A DNA stretch of 63,350 nucleotides, counting the filler, from Rhabdomonas costata (lineage: Eukaryota), in NCBI GenBank assembly GCA_019059605.1. It is 34 parts of 34 records of this genome, joined end to end, with 100 filler letters (N's around TTAATTAATTAA, not from the genome) between each part and the next. Parts side by side here need not be neighbours in the genome. Positions count along the whole stretch, not along the records: positions 35,464 to 37,232 come from JAHMHO010009369.1; positions 37,333 to 39,099 come from JAHMHO010009370.1; positions 39,200 to 40,964 come from JAHMHO010009371.1; positions 41,065 to 42,830 come from JAHMHO010009372.1; positions 42,931 to 44,696 come from JAHMHO010009373.1; positions 44,797 to 46,562 come from JAHMHO010009374.1; positions 46,663 to 48,429 come from JAHMHO010009375.1; 27 more parts are not named here. The stretch is one strand, 5' to 3'. The notes beneath the pieces are model-generated. The model was not told the DNA's origin and did not search any database. It saw only the letters and a list, made by a program, of their open reading frames with translations. Numbering within the stretch: the stretch's first letter is position 1; each line of letters begins with the position of its first letter. Below, in pieces: positions 36,254-47,971 of this stretch. The position numbers and the translations under genes are program-made.

Positions 36254-36394
36254 ATGGTAAGTTGTGTTCGGCATCCGACAGCGGCGCTGCTGGTGATGCT
36301 GCTGCTGTGTTATGTGGTGTTGCCATGCAGCGGCTGGTGGTGCACCGGGCACATGCTGGTTGTCGAAGTCGCGAAGCTGAGCCTCCACGACAAG
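36254..36394 (+). CDS. S1/P1 nuclease (3'-nucleotidase/nuclease-like), first coding exon
   Basis: Signal peptide followed by mature N-terminus WWCTGHMLV (zinc-binding W...GH of S1/P1 nucleases). Ends at AAG|GTGAAA. Confidence 0.85.
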
Positions 36395-36749
36395 GTGAAA
36401 AGTGTCCTTTCCCTCCTCCTTCCCTTTCGCTTTGCTGGAACCAATGAGTGTACCGCGAACTTCCTCTCTCTTCTCTCTTTTTTTATTTTTGCCTCCGAAT
36501 CCTTTTTCACTGTGCCGAGAGGAATCGAAATTTGGTTGCTCACTTTTTGGGCCGTTACGTCATTCTTATGAGTTCTTTTCCAGCGCTCCAAGAGATCAAT
36601 ATGAACACTGACTCTAATCTAATCAACTCTGGGTGATCAGTCTTCCTTAAGCTCAGTTAAGAGACAAGGAGGAAGTTGGGCTGTTTTTTTATAGCTGACA
36701 AAACTCGAAATAAAAGGGGGCTTAAAATGGACAATAATTCTGTATCTCG

Positions 36750-37232
36750 CTACCCCCTTCCCCCGCCGGTCAATGTTGGTCCCGAACAGGGACATACTAC
36801 CACCATAGTTTCCGATCCAACATTGACCATACGGGGGCAGGGGGGTCGAATTTTTGGTGAAAAATGCCCTAAAATGGGGCAAACCCAAGCAAAATGGGTC
36901 AGAAATGGGCCAAAAACAGGCGAAAAACGAGCCTAAAATGTGGCCCAGGCGCCATTGTCGGCGGAAGTGGAGTATTTTCAAAACGCTTCGTGCTAACCAA
37001 TCAGAATAGGGAGGGAACAGGACCTGAGAAGCGTTTGCACGTGAGATGGTGAATTATTGTCCATTTTTTCCATAGTGATGGCCCCTTTTTAAATCGAGTT
37101 TTGTCATATAAAATGGTCGAAACCAGCAAATACACCGCCGGGACACGGTGTTTTCATATTTTCCGATCCAACATTGACCACAAGGGGGCAGGGGGGTCGA
37201 GTTTGTAGTAGAAAATCACTTAAAATGGCCCC
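36750..37232. repeat. Intronic composite repeat (direct plus inverted copies)
   Basis: tttccgatccaacattgacca..gggggcaggggggtcga occurs at about 36809-36880 and 37160-37230. An inverted partial copy lies at about 36753-36786. Confidence 0.75.
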
Positions 37233-37390
37233 NNNNNNNNNNNNNNNNNNNNNNNNNNNNNNNNNNNNNNNNNNNNTTAATTAATTAANNNNNNNNNNNN
37301 NNNNNNNNNNNNNNNNNNNNNNNNNNNNNNNNGTGGGGGTTTCGAGAGTGTTCAGACGGTTGCAGTGACCCGTCCATACATGTAAGGTAA

Positions 37391-37552
37391 GTTACATCCC
37401 GAAACTCAGAATTTAGTATGTTACGAGTTTCCAATTGAAGTCCTGGGAACGCTATAAAATGCCGCTAGGCTGGTGTGTATGCATACGATATGTTTTAAAC
37501 GTTTTCACGATAGTGAGGCTAAAAAGCACGTGTTCTGAGTTTACGGTGTAAC
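37391..37552. mobile_element. MITE-like element candidate (about 160 bp, imperfect TIRs)
   Basis: gttacatcccgaaactcagaa ... ttctgagtttacggtgtaac, with an AT-richer non-coding interior. Confidence 0.45.
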
Positions 37553-40059
37553 GTGCTATACTTCATGTCCTGAAAGTAGGCGCATCGCGCATTACCGTCT
37601 CACAGAAAGCGAGAGAAGAAGGCGCATAAACAAAGCACCGTTCGGTTGGGGAGTGAGGCAGCTCCTGAGGCGGCCCCCCTCCCCTTGGGGGCACCACTGT
37701 GCCCCCCTCGTCGCTGAGCCGGGCAACCACAGCGCGGCGGTGGTGGGGTGGGAGAGAGACATATACACAGCGCGCATCACTTTCGCGGAACGTATCAATG
37801 TTCAAAACCAAAAAAAAAAAATGATTAAACTAACAAAAAAACAGTGCACAAGCGCGCGTCCAACAAAGCAATTCAGGAAAGAGGCAATAAATTAGAGAGA
37901 CAAAGTAAAAACAACAACCGAGGAACGGGAAGGCAATGGAAGCAAAGAAGAAAGTGGGTGGTGCAAAAGGGCGGTGGCCGCGGCGGCTGCGCACACCCGT
38001 TGAGGTCCGTCGCCTCGGGGACTGCCACCACCCTAGTCTCCTTTCGCGAGGCCATCCCTGTAGAGTAGGCATACTGAGCGCAGGATGTTCGTGTGGTGGG
38101 AAATCCGGAATAGCCAGAGAAGCGATAGTGAATAAGACATTTCTTTTTGCATCTGCTCTTGCTTGCACAATGCCTGCATAGTTTGTTCATCCCTCTCCCG
38201 GTCCCGGGGAGAGGTTTCGGCCTTCTGCGAGTTCCCAATTTCCGATGGGCGACTATGCTTTCAATACGTTCTCCTCGTATCAAAGAAGACGACTTTTCTG
38301 CATGTACGTGAACCCCCCTTCTCCTCTGCAGGGTTTTTTCTGAGCTGTTTGAAATCTGAAATGGACTTGCTGGAGAGGGTAAACAAGGATGCCTGAAAAT
38401 TACCTTGACATGAGAAAAAAACAAAGAGAGAGATGTACTCATATGACAGGAAAGGGCAAAAAGAGCAAGCCCCCCCCCCCGAGCACACCAAAGACGTTTA
38501 CCCCAGCGCTCGCCAACGAGGACACAAACCCCGGCTTGGTGTTGAACGTGGGGAAACCCTCAGGAGCTGCGCAAGAGGGAGGAGGGTGAAGTAAATTGTG
38601 GGTGAAACATTACCAAACGGTGTGGTTCGGTTTTGTTGTGACCCGCCACCCCAATGGGCGTCGACGACTCTTGGGGGGGGGGGCTTGACATTGGGAAATT
38701 GATTCGAGTTGCCCAAAAATCAACCCCGAATCAAACGATGTAATGATGTCTGGTACCCCCCACCTCACCCCCAGTGAGCACTTGTGCTGATAGGACCGAG
38801 GACGATGAAAAGCCTGACTTGGTGAAGACAGAAACCGTAAGATTTCCAAACCACAAAGATCGGCAGCAATGACATTGACCAGTCCAAGGTCCAACACACT
38901 TCAGCTGACGTGTATTCTTATTCAAGCCACAGGAATGTCCAAAAACGCCAAGTAGCTGTCACACACAACATACCACAGGACCCCAGCATGGCCTGCGGGC
39001 ACAGCATCGGGACGAACCTCTTGTGCGAACCCTCGCAGGACCAGGACCGGCACCCCACAGTGCACCGGGGCAGCGCCGGGAACCCCATCCCCACCACAAN
39101 NNNNNNNNNNNNNNNNNNNNNNNNNNNNNNNNNNNNNNNNNNNTTAATTAATTAANNNNNNNNNNNNNNNNNNNNNNNNNNNNNNNNNNNNNNNNNNNNG
39201 TTGTTGCGGCCATCGCCCGCTCGCTTCCTCTCCACGAAACGGACAGTACAATCGAACCAAACACTATATCAGAATAATACCTGGGGCACTGCCTTCAGAC
39301 GGCCCAACCGCGCGGCAATGCTGGTACTGCTGCCGCTGCCGCCGTCAGTGCTGTCGGGAAGTGGAGGCGGGGACTCATTCGCCTGAGGCAAGAGCCCTCC
39401 TCCCGGCAGGGGGTCAGCGGAGGTCATATACTTTTTGCTTCACTGGGTTTACTGGGGAATTTTACGTTGGGGATGGGACGAGAAAACGGCAGTTTGAGCA
39501 GAAACTCGGAACTGTGAGAAGGGTGTGTACAGAGGGTGCTCAGGGAAACTGGTGCTCAGGGAGGCGCCGGTTGGTGCTCCCAGGACAGGGCCTCCCCTCC
39601 CCAAAAGGCAACGAACTGCGACACGAAGTCCAACACAGGCATATCCCATGAATGCAACTCGTACCTATCGCATTCCCGGATCGGCCTAAAACGCAATGGG
39701 GCACAAGTGCAACCCCCGCGATCCTTTTCTATTCGAGAAGCATTCCCAGAGCACCCATTTGCACAGTTGCCTTCCAGAAGCCACCTCACGGACGAACAGA
39801 GCATAGGCCACCCCTGTTGTCCGCCACTGACGCAAAGGACTTTACAAACAAACGCAAACAAATGACCATACGAACCTGTTCCATTGTCAGCACATATGTG
39901 AGGAGAGAAGAAAAAGAAAAGAAGCGATAAACATATTATAGGAAAACCCGAACCCCGGCACACACACACGACCACGACGCACGACACACGACGAGAATTT
40001 TTGATACTCTTTGCATACCCCAGCCCACTTAAGGAAAACCGACGCCCTCCTTCGTCTGT

Positions 40060-40910
40060 TTAGGTCCTCAGACGGGCCTCTAAGCGCGCCTCCCGGGTCC
40101 TGGAGGCCTGCAGCCTCTCCCGCTTTGCTCGCGCATCGCCAGCCACCGCCTCGGCCTCATCGCGCTCCCTCTCTCGCGGGCAGCGCTGTGAAACCACAGC
40201 ATGGTTGGCGGCGCTGAAGAGTGTTCTTGTTTTCCCGTTCAGCTGAGGGGACATCTGTCCCTCGTAGCAACAAACCCTCCATGAAATTAGATGCGCGTCG
40301 GTTATCCATATTGGGCGATTCTACCGCTATGTGCACCCCCACATTCACTTTTTTCTCGTGTGGATACATTGGATCTCGGGCCGTCCCGCTGAGCATCCGG
40401 GCCCCAGACTTCCACGGGACGTTGGCATTACCACCTAACCCCGCCTTAATGCACTGCAGTACTCTGGAGAAGCGTAGCTCGCCGCCCTAATGCATCATAG
40501 GGACCTTGGGAAGCGTACATCGCCATGAGCCCAAATACAGCACGGGAATCTCGGGAGAGGGGGTGCACACAGCCTGAGTATAGCAGGGGTGGTGGTGCAT
40601 AAAGCCGGAATATAACCCCCATATTGGTGCTTTTCGTGTCCTGGAGCCCCCCCTCGGACCTCCTTCGCTAGCTTTTTGGCATGAAGAGAGCGGATCTCCA
40701 GGTCCACCTCGACCTCCTCAGGAGTGTACACCCGAGTGGGCCGTCCACGGGTCTGCTTGGTGGGGAGCAGTCCAGGGGTGGTGGCAGGGTCAAGCACCGG
40801 CGCTGGCAATATTGCCCCTTCCGCTTGTCCCTGCGAAGTGTAAGGCATCAATGGGCCAGAAGGTTGCAAGAGGATTCGGCCACCCATTTCGGCGAACGAA
40901 GGCGCCATCA
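40060..40910 (-). CDS. Hypothetical protein, two exons
   Basis: Exon ending at 40660 (…LHAKKLAKE|GT) joins terminal exon 40185-40060 in frame. The start is uncertain. Confidence 0.3.
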
Positions 40911-42603
40911 GCACCGTTGAAAACACGAAAAACACTAAAAAGCAATCCTTTCAATTGAGGAGTCNNNNNNNNNNNNNNNNNNNNNNNNNNNNNNNNNNNN
41001 NNNNNNNNTTAATTAATTAANNNNNNNNNNNNNNNNNNNNNNNNNNNNNNNNNNNNNNNNNNNNGGTTTTGGGGACAGTTCCAGATGACAATTGTCCCCA
41101 GAATGTGCTGAATGCCCTTTTCGTGGACCAGAGTTTCTCTCAGGACCTTCTGGGCTTCGATAAAAAAACTCAAGGACACGGTGACCAATTACTTTCCTGG
41201 AATGCAGATCGCCTTTAGGTCTGTGCTGCCATTCCCCATCTATAAGTGCATGCATAGAATTTCTTTTTCAGCTAGTGTTTGCTGCAAAGGGAGTGGCGGA
41301 AAACCTCTTGCGAAGCAAACCACAAGCCCGAGTTCCACACCCCTTCTCCAACCTCCTCCTGTGTAGCCGGGTCGGCCACTCGACGCTTGAGGGCTTATTC
41401 CATGGAGCAGAAACATCATAAGCAGCACGTAGAGATCCACACAGCTCCATGTAGCAGCGCCTAACCACACCACAGACACTCGAGCACCACCTGAGGGCGG
41501 CAGTTGGCCAAGCGTAGCCACCCCAGCCAAAGGTGTAGTCCGCAAAGTACCCCTGCTGGTACAGGCCCACACCCACAAGAGGTTCCTCCAATCATCCACA
41601 CAAAAGCAAAATTAAGGCGCTAAAATAGTTTTTCAAACAGTTAAGAGTAGGAAAATGTTTGGGCGACGTTTTTCGGAAAAACACAAGCAAGGGAGAGTGT
41701 CATAAACCGGCTTGGTACCAGGCTACCTGGATGGCTGCTCCGCAAGGAAACCCGGAAAGCAACACCGAGAAATTTTGACCTTTGCTAGTTCCAGTTTTTG
41801 ACACGATATCGGGGATAAAATCTCTGATAATAAGTCGCAGAAGCGAAAAGGTCAACTTATGAAACAAAGGAGAAATTTTGACAGATAGCACGCAAATGTG
41901 TGGTGCTAACATGACATCCTTTTCTGGCTGAAAAGAGGGCAATGAGATGCGGTATATTAAACGAGGGGTCAATGTGCTTTTTCAGTTGTCCGCTGACACG
42001 TGGTTTGCTGAAATCTCCGTTAGAGGCGGTGGAAGCAACCCAGTAGGCAAGGAAAAACAGCAATACTGTTGCTTAAAACAATGAGGGTGGGTGGGCGGTG
42101 GCATTTCACGTCGGTGTGAACCGACGGATGCATCGTTAATGACTGCATTTAATGAGACTTGAAGGTGAGTCAAGGTGTTAGGACTTGGTGCGGGAACCAT
42201 TGAGGTCTGGATGGCGGATGCAAACGCATTGCCTTCGGCCTCTTTCTCGGTTGAGGCTCGATCCGTGCGAATCCAACGCGCGACCTCTTCTGGGGTGGTG
42301 CCTGGGATAGACGTGGGATCCAAATCGTGCCAAGTGTGTGAATCGTGATCCTCATCCGTTAGTGGAGAAAAATCCTCCGGAGGTAGTGCGCCTGGAGGCT
42401 CAGGAACGACAGGTTGCAAGGGTTCTGATTCCGTTAATGATTAAGGGTTCTGATTCCGCTCTTCATTCCCGGCGGCCGCCAAGGACCAAAATGCAAGCAG
42501 GAAAAAGGAACGCAACAAGCCAGTCGGGCACAAGATGCCCTGGGTGTGGAATGCCAAGCCCCTTGGGGCAAAGGATTCCGGCCCATCGGGGTATGGCGGG
42601 ACC

Positions 42604-42826
42604 GGCGCGGGAATTCCAAAGCCAAAGCGGCTCCTTTTTGATCCTCGGCTGTGCTTATGATTGCCTTCGTGCAAAGTGGTACGCTGTGCACCCTTTTGGT
42701 GGTCACCCGTTTGTAGCCTTTTGACCTCTTCTTTTCCGAGGCCCTTCCGGGCCCGAATGGGCTAGAGAGAAGGGGTCAAATGGCTACAAACGGGTGACCA
42801 CCAAATGGGTGCACAGCGTACCACAC
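42604..42826. repeat. Dispersed repeat copy forming an imperfect palindrome
   Basis: 42676-~42745 is inverted against ~42755-42826 with several mismatches. 42604-42725 is similar to 53298-53420. Confidence 0.85.
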
Positions 42827-44895
42827 CCACNNNNNNNNNNNNNNNNNNNNNNNNNNNNNNNNNNNNNNNNNNNNTTAATTAATTAANNNNNNNNNNNNNN
42901 NNNNNNNNNNNNNNNNNNNNNNNNNNNNNNGTTTGTTGGTAAAAGGGATGAAGTTTCGGACCCGCGGGCGAGCCACGTACACAGCGTGCGCCGGGTCTTG
43001 AGCTGCTACGTGGCCCCCCGAGAATATTCCCCAGGATTTTTTCCGGTTCTGGGGTAGTTCGCAGAGGACTGCCGTCAACCGACGAGGTGTGGGCTTGTAT
43101 GTTGCGAGCTCGGGACCGCAAAAATCTCGAGGAGGTTCACAGCAAGGCAGGTTGGTGGACGGGCGGTGAGACTAGCCGACCCTGGGATCGTCGTTTCACG
43201 GCCTTCTCCGCGAATCGATCCCAACCGACTTGAAGGCCACTAAGTACAGGGAAAAAACCCCAGAGATTCGCGCATTCTCGAGCACCCCCAAGATTAAGAG
43301 AGGGACGAGCAGCAGAGCCTAGCGGAGAGGACAACGTGGAACTAATAAGGCGGTCGTTGGGCTCATGAGGGGCCTCTCGTTCATTTGTTCATGGCCTCTC
43401 TTCCGCACAAACCGAATCGGTTCGACGCTGCGAACGGGGGAGAGGTGCAGTAGGGCTCAACAGTTGCACTGATTTGTCACCGAGCCGGCAAAAGCCGGAC
43501 AGACACAACAGCAGCGAGAGCACTACCAGCCTCAGCCAAGACAACGACGTGCGATCCGGGAACCCGCAGTGCACCGCACCGACATCACCGTCACCGAAAC
43601 CCCACGCCGCCATCTTGATGGAGCTGCGGTGCCCATGCGGTGCTATTGAGAGAATGCAGAGAAAAGGTGTTCGGTTATCGATTGGCAGGGGGTTAGGTGG
43701 CGATGCACGTACGGGGGGTACTTGAAACTGAGCCACATTGCCAAGGAGATTTCCTCCTATCATGGTCTATCCCGGGAGACGCGGTTCCACCAAATCACAA
43801 TAATAGGAAATGTCTTGGATCCAAAAAGCTAGGGAACAGTTGAGACACAAGCACGCACACATCCGGAAAGAGCCCCCGCAGCCTCAGACATGAGATATAA
43901 CACGCGAGGGTAGAGAGAGGGTCGGGGGTGGGGGCGTTTTCACCGCACAGACCCGGCGCAAGTGCGCACGCAAGGGGAGAGAAATCGTGGCAATAATGTC
44001 GAGACGAGAATCTGGATGTCTCGCCTCAACAGGGGTCACACCAGAAGAAAAGAGAAGAAAAGCAGAATTAAGTACAGCTGCAGCCAGGCAGTCACATCGA
44101 GAAGCTCCCGAGGCAACAGTACAGCAACAGTAGAGCAATCGAGGAGAACCACTGAAAAACGGACTCTCCCCATCCCCACCACCCTCACATACTCCCCTCT
44201 CCTCCTCATCGGGTATATAAAACAACTGCGAGATAAAAACCTATTCCACGCGATTTCAAAAAGACAGCCCAGGGGGTGGGACCCTCTGGTCTCCTTTGGG
44301 CTTTACATATCTCCCAGCGAGCATCGTGCCTCGCTGGTAAAACGATGCCTAGCATGCGGCGGGCATCGCTTCATTTACGGCGGCGGCCAGTTCTGCAAAC
44401 ACGTTCTGAAGCCTGCGGGAAGTACGAGAGAGCTTATCAATTGATGGCCAGATGCAAAGCCTGTTTAGCTTAACCTCTAAAGGGCACACATGAACCATGG
44501 AAGTGAATTAGTCCAGCGGCTTGGAGGACGGTCTTAGATGGTCTGAAAACGTTTCTTGTTTCCGAAGAGATGCTGGGAGCTCTGGAGAACCTTATTACAT
44601 ACGCGGCAACTGTAGCCCTATGCCGCCGCGGAACCGGGAGCTCATGAGTTTTTTTTTGGGGGGGGGGGTACAATCACCACAGGTTGCTTCCTTAAANNNN
44701 NNNNNNNNNNNNNNNNNNNNNNNNNNNNNNNNNNNNNNNNTTAATTAATTAANNNNNNNNNNNNNNNNNNNNNNNNNNNNNNNNNNNNNNNNNNNNCTTT
44801 CGCTCATTCATTCATGCATTCACTCACTCACTCACTCATTCAGAGAGTCATTCGTGCATTCATTTAGGGAGAGCGGGAGGATGGGACGCGGATAC

Positions 44896-45978
44896 CAGTG
44901 TCCATCACATTCATGACGACAAAGATGACATCCCTCTGCGGACTCAGCGCGATGTCCAGCAAGGAAACAATGTTGGGGTGGTCCCGAAACAATCCCAGGA
45001 ATGTCACCTCTCGGAGCGCCCGCCGTGCGAAGAAGGCTCGTTTCTACCGACAGCCCCCCCCCCTCCACAACCCAAATGGTCCACACACAAAACGCACACG
45101 CACATGCACACGCAAACACACACACACACATTTACAAACACACACACCTACACTCACGCGCGATCAGGCTGTCGTTTCATACTTCCAACTACCGGATCAA
45201 AATCAATCCCAGCAAAGGTTGCGGCTTGGCAGGCTTCTTCTCCCCAACGCAAACGTCGATCTAACGCCATACCTTACCCGACGTGAGTCCCCAGAACATG
45301 AACCTGTGTGACCAGCTTTTTCCTGCGAACCCGTGACCTCAACTCATTGACGGAGGGGCGGGGCAAGTCCTTCCTGAGGGGTTTTCTCTGGTCAGTTTTC
45401 CGTACAGTGGTCACGGCTCACGAAATAAAGCCACCACACAAACGTGTTCTCTTGTCTTGTCTTGTCTTGTTGTCAAACGTGTTGTCGTGTCTTGGCTGAG
45501 TTGCTCCCGAAACAAAGCAACCCGCATTTCACCAAACGGCGCCAAACTTGCAAAATACCACGAAAACGTGCTCGAGCTGACTGCCCATGAAAAACTTCAT
45601 TTTACCTCACAATCACGTTTCTGTCATGAAAGATCTGCAGAAACTGCGACCCCCCCTCCCCATTCAGCTGCATGTCGCGGGCAAAAACATTGTGTTCTTC
45701 AGTGATTCACTTCGCGGACTGTTGTGCAGAATCAGTGCCAGGTGGGTGGTGCCCACCTCCGGGGGGACCGGTACGTCGTTGAACCGCAAGAAGGCGAGTT
45801 TCTTCACTGCGACCGTCTCGGGCGTCTCTTGGGAGGTATCCTCTGCTGACCACACCTTGCCGTACGACCCGCTGCCCAGAAACTTTTGCAGGCGGTACTG
45901 CCCCAGGCCACAGTTTTCCAGCTGTGTTTGCGCTCGCTCCAGCTCCGAAGGCAAGTGTGCTATAGGCGCTGTAGCCAT
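44896..45978 (-). CDS. MAPK-like (CMGC) protein kinase, first two exons
   Basis: Exons 45978-45757 and 45043-44896: FLGSGSYGKVW, VAVKKL, ARRALREV, FRDHPNIVSLLD, VMNVMDT. GT-AG borders, in frame. Confidence 0.9.
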
Positions 45979-47392
45979 CTTGTGTCCTCAGTGGGCCACA
46001 GAATTTGCGCGCGTGTGCGGGTGTGAGTGTGAGTGAGTGAGTTAGTGAGTGGGCGAGCGATGAGTATGAAAATATGCGAATATATATTTATTTCCGGCTG
46101 GGTACGGATGGGCACAGGTTGTTTAGAGAGGCGGGTGAGTGCAAGCAGAACGCAAGGAGGACACAGGTGAGGACAAATGTGAAAGTGAGACAGTAGAAGT
46201 AGAAGCGAATCTGGAAGAGAAGTGGCATACCTACATGACCAAACTTTCGGATTTGTGTGATTGGTATGGTTTACGCGAGGGCTGGCAACAAGATGACATC
46301 AGTATTTGAGTACAGAGAATGACGGGGCGTCTTGGAGGAGTAAGGACTCAGACGCAAAGAAGGCCAGAACAGGGAGTTGCATCGTCTCTGCCCGCCTCAG
46401 TACAGAAAGCATACCCGCATCCATAGGAAGGCGGAAACGCCTGTACAGGGCAGATGCGGTTATCCCCTAGGAACAAAATTTTACATCTTAGAATCCTGGC
46501 CGATCCCAGCACCCTTCCTGTTAACACAGTCAGTGCCCCCAAAAACCCAAACACACACAACANNNNNNNNNNNNNNNNNNNNNNNNNNNNNNNNNNNNNN
46601 NNNNNNTTAATTAATTAANNNNNNNNNNNNNNNNNNNNNNNNNNNNNNNNNNNNNNNNNNNNGAACACTTCCGTGTTCGCAGTCGTCAGAAATTTCAGAG
46701 TCATTTTCGACGGAGTAGTAGGCGTGGACGATGTACGGGATTTGAGTGGAATGGTTGACGAGATCAAAGGTTCAGCGCTTGAGTTGAGAAGAGAGGAGAG
46801 CGTTGTTGCTGCAAGAGCAGAGATAAAATGTGTTGGTGAGATGAGACTTCAGAAAAGCCCGAGAGTTGATGAAGTAGTGGTGCATTTTGATAAAGCCAGT
46901 GAGGAAGCCACGGGAGATATATGCAGTTGAATGGAGAGAGAAAGTTGAGGGAGAAGGCGAACCAAGAGCAAGAACATCTGACCGAGGCAAGTCGTGAAAA
47001 AGCACAACCCGATTATATGACACCCTGCCCGGCAGAAAAGCAAATCGAGAGAGGAAAAGGGGTGAGAAGGCCGAACCGGAGAAAGAGAGAGAGAGAAAGG
47101 CAAGACCACCGAGCGAGACAGTGATAGAAGGGATTGGGAAGGAAAGTGGAAAAGACGCGAAAAGCAGGAAGGCACGGAAAGCGAAAGGCACAGGAGAAAG
47201 GAGAGCAGCCAGCGAGCAGAGAGGAGAAGAGATAAAGCGCACCCGAGGTATAAGAAGAGAGGCGCTCGGATAGACGGGAAAGGCTTGAGGCAAGACAATG
47301 GCTAAAAAGACAGAGCAGTCGTTCCAGCGTCCCCGGAATCACCCACAACCGGAGTTGGAGAATAAGACAATACAGAGGTACATCCAGTTGAT

Positions 47393-47971
47393 GTGGAAGG
47401 GGGAGAGTGGCAGACATGTGCTGGAGATAGATTTGATAATACGGACAAGAGAAAAATGAAAGAAGAGGCAGACGTGGTCAGTTGGTTTTGTAAATACCCA
47501 GTGTTAGACAATACAGAGAGGATTATGGTGATTGACATGGAATTCATAGAATACTCTAGTGAGGTACAGATACAGATATGGATAGAATTTGTAAAGAATG
47601 TAAAGGTTGAATGTGGCTTTTTCAAAGAGCAGCCGTGGAGTGGATATCGTCCAAGTACAAAGGAGAATAAGGATGTTAAGAACTTGGTTGGTATTCTAGA
47701 GGAGGGGATGGTGGAGATATTTGCATCTTTAGAAGAGCTAAATGAGTGGAGACAGGTTGCCCTCTGGAATCCAGAGCTACATGTTCTGAGTGCAGTTCAG
47801 CTGATCTTGGAGGACCAGGCGTTGTTGGCGTATGCGGTGGAAGTAGTGGAAGAGTTGGAGGTGGAGGGTTCACTATTGGGACATGATATGGAACAAATAG
47901 AGCCTTTGCTGAATGAGGTTTTGAGGAGGAGGAGGAGAGAGCAAGACAGAAGACCAACAGGAGGAAGGTGA
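47393..47971 (+). other. Intronless acidic ORF in a purine-skewed contig, possibly a decayed transposon accessory or gag-like ORF
   Basis: 192-codon open frame with codon style unlike host exons. Upstream frames are interrupted. No recognisable motif. Confidence 0.25.

Noticed and set aside
41065-42420. Decayed tyrosine-recombinase (DIRS-like) element
   Set aside because: Only a weak SKT-like hint. No convincing HxLR or catalytic Tyr motif was found.
42418-42458. 16-bp direct repeat around ttaatgatt as an excision footprint
   Set aside because: A single short instance that cannot be distinguished from a local duplication.
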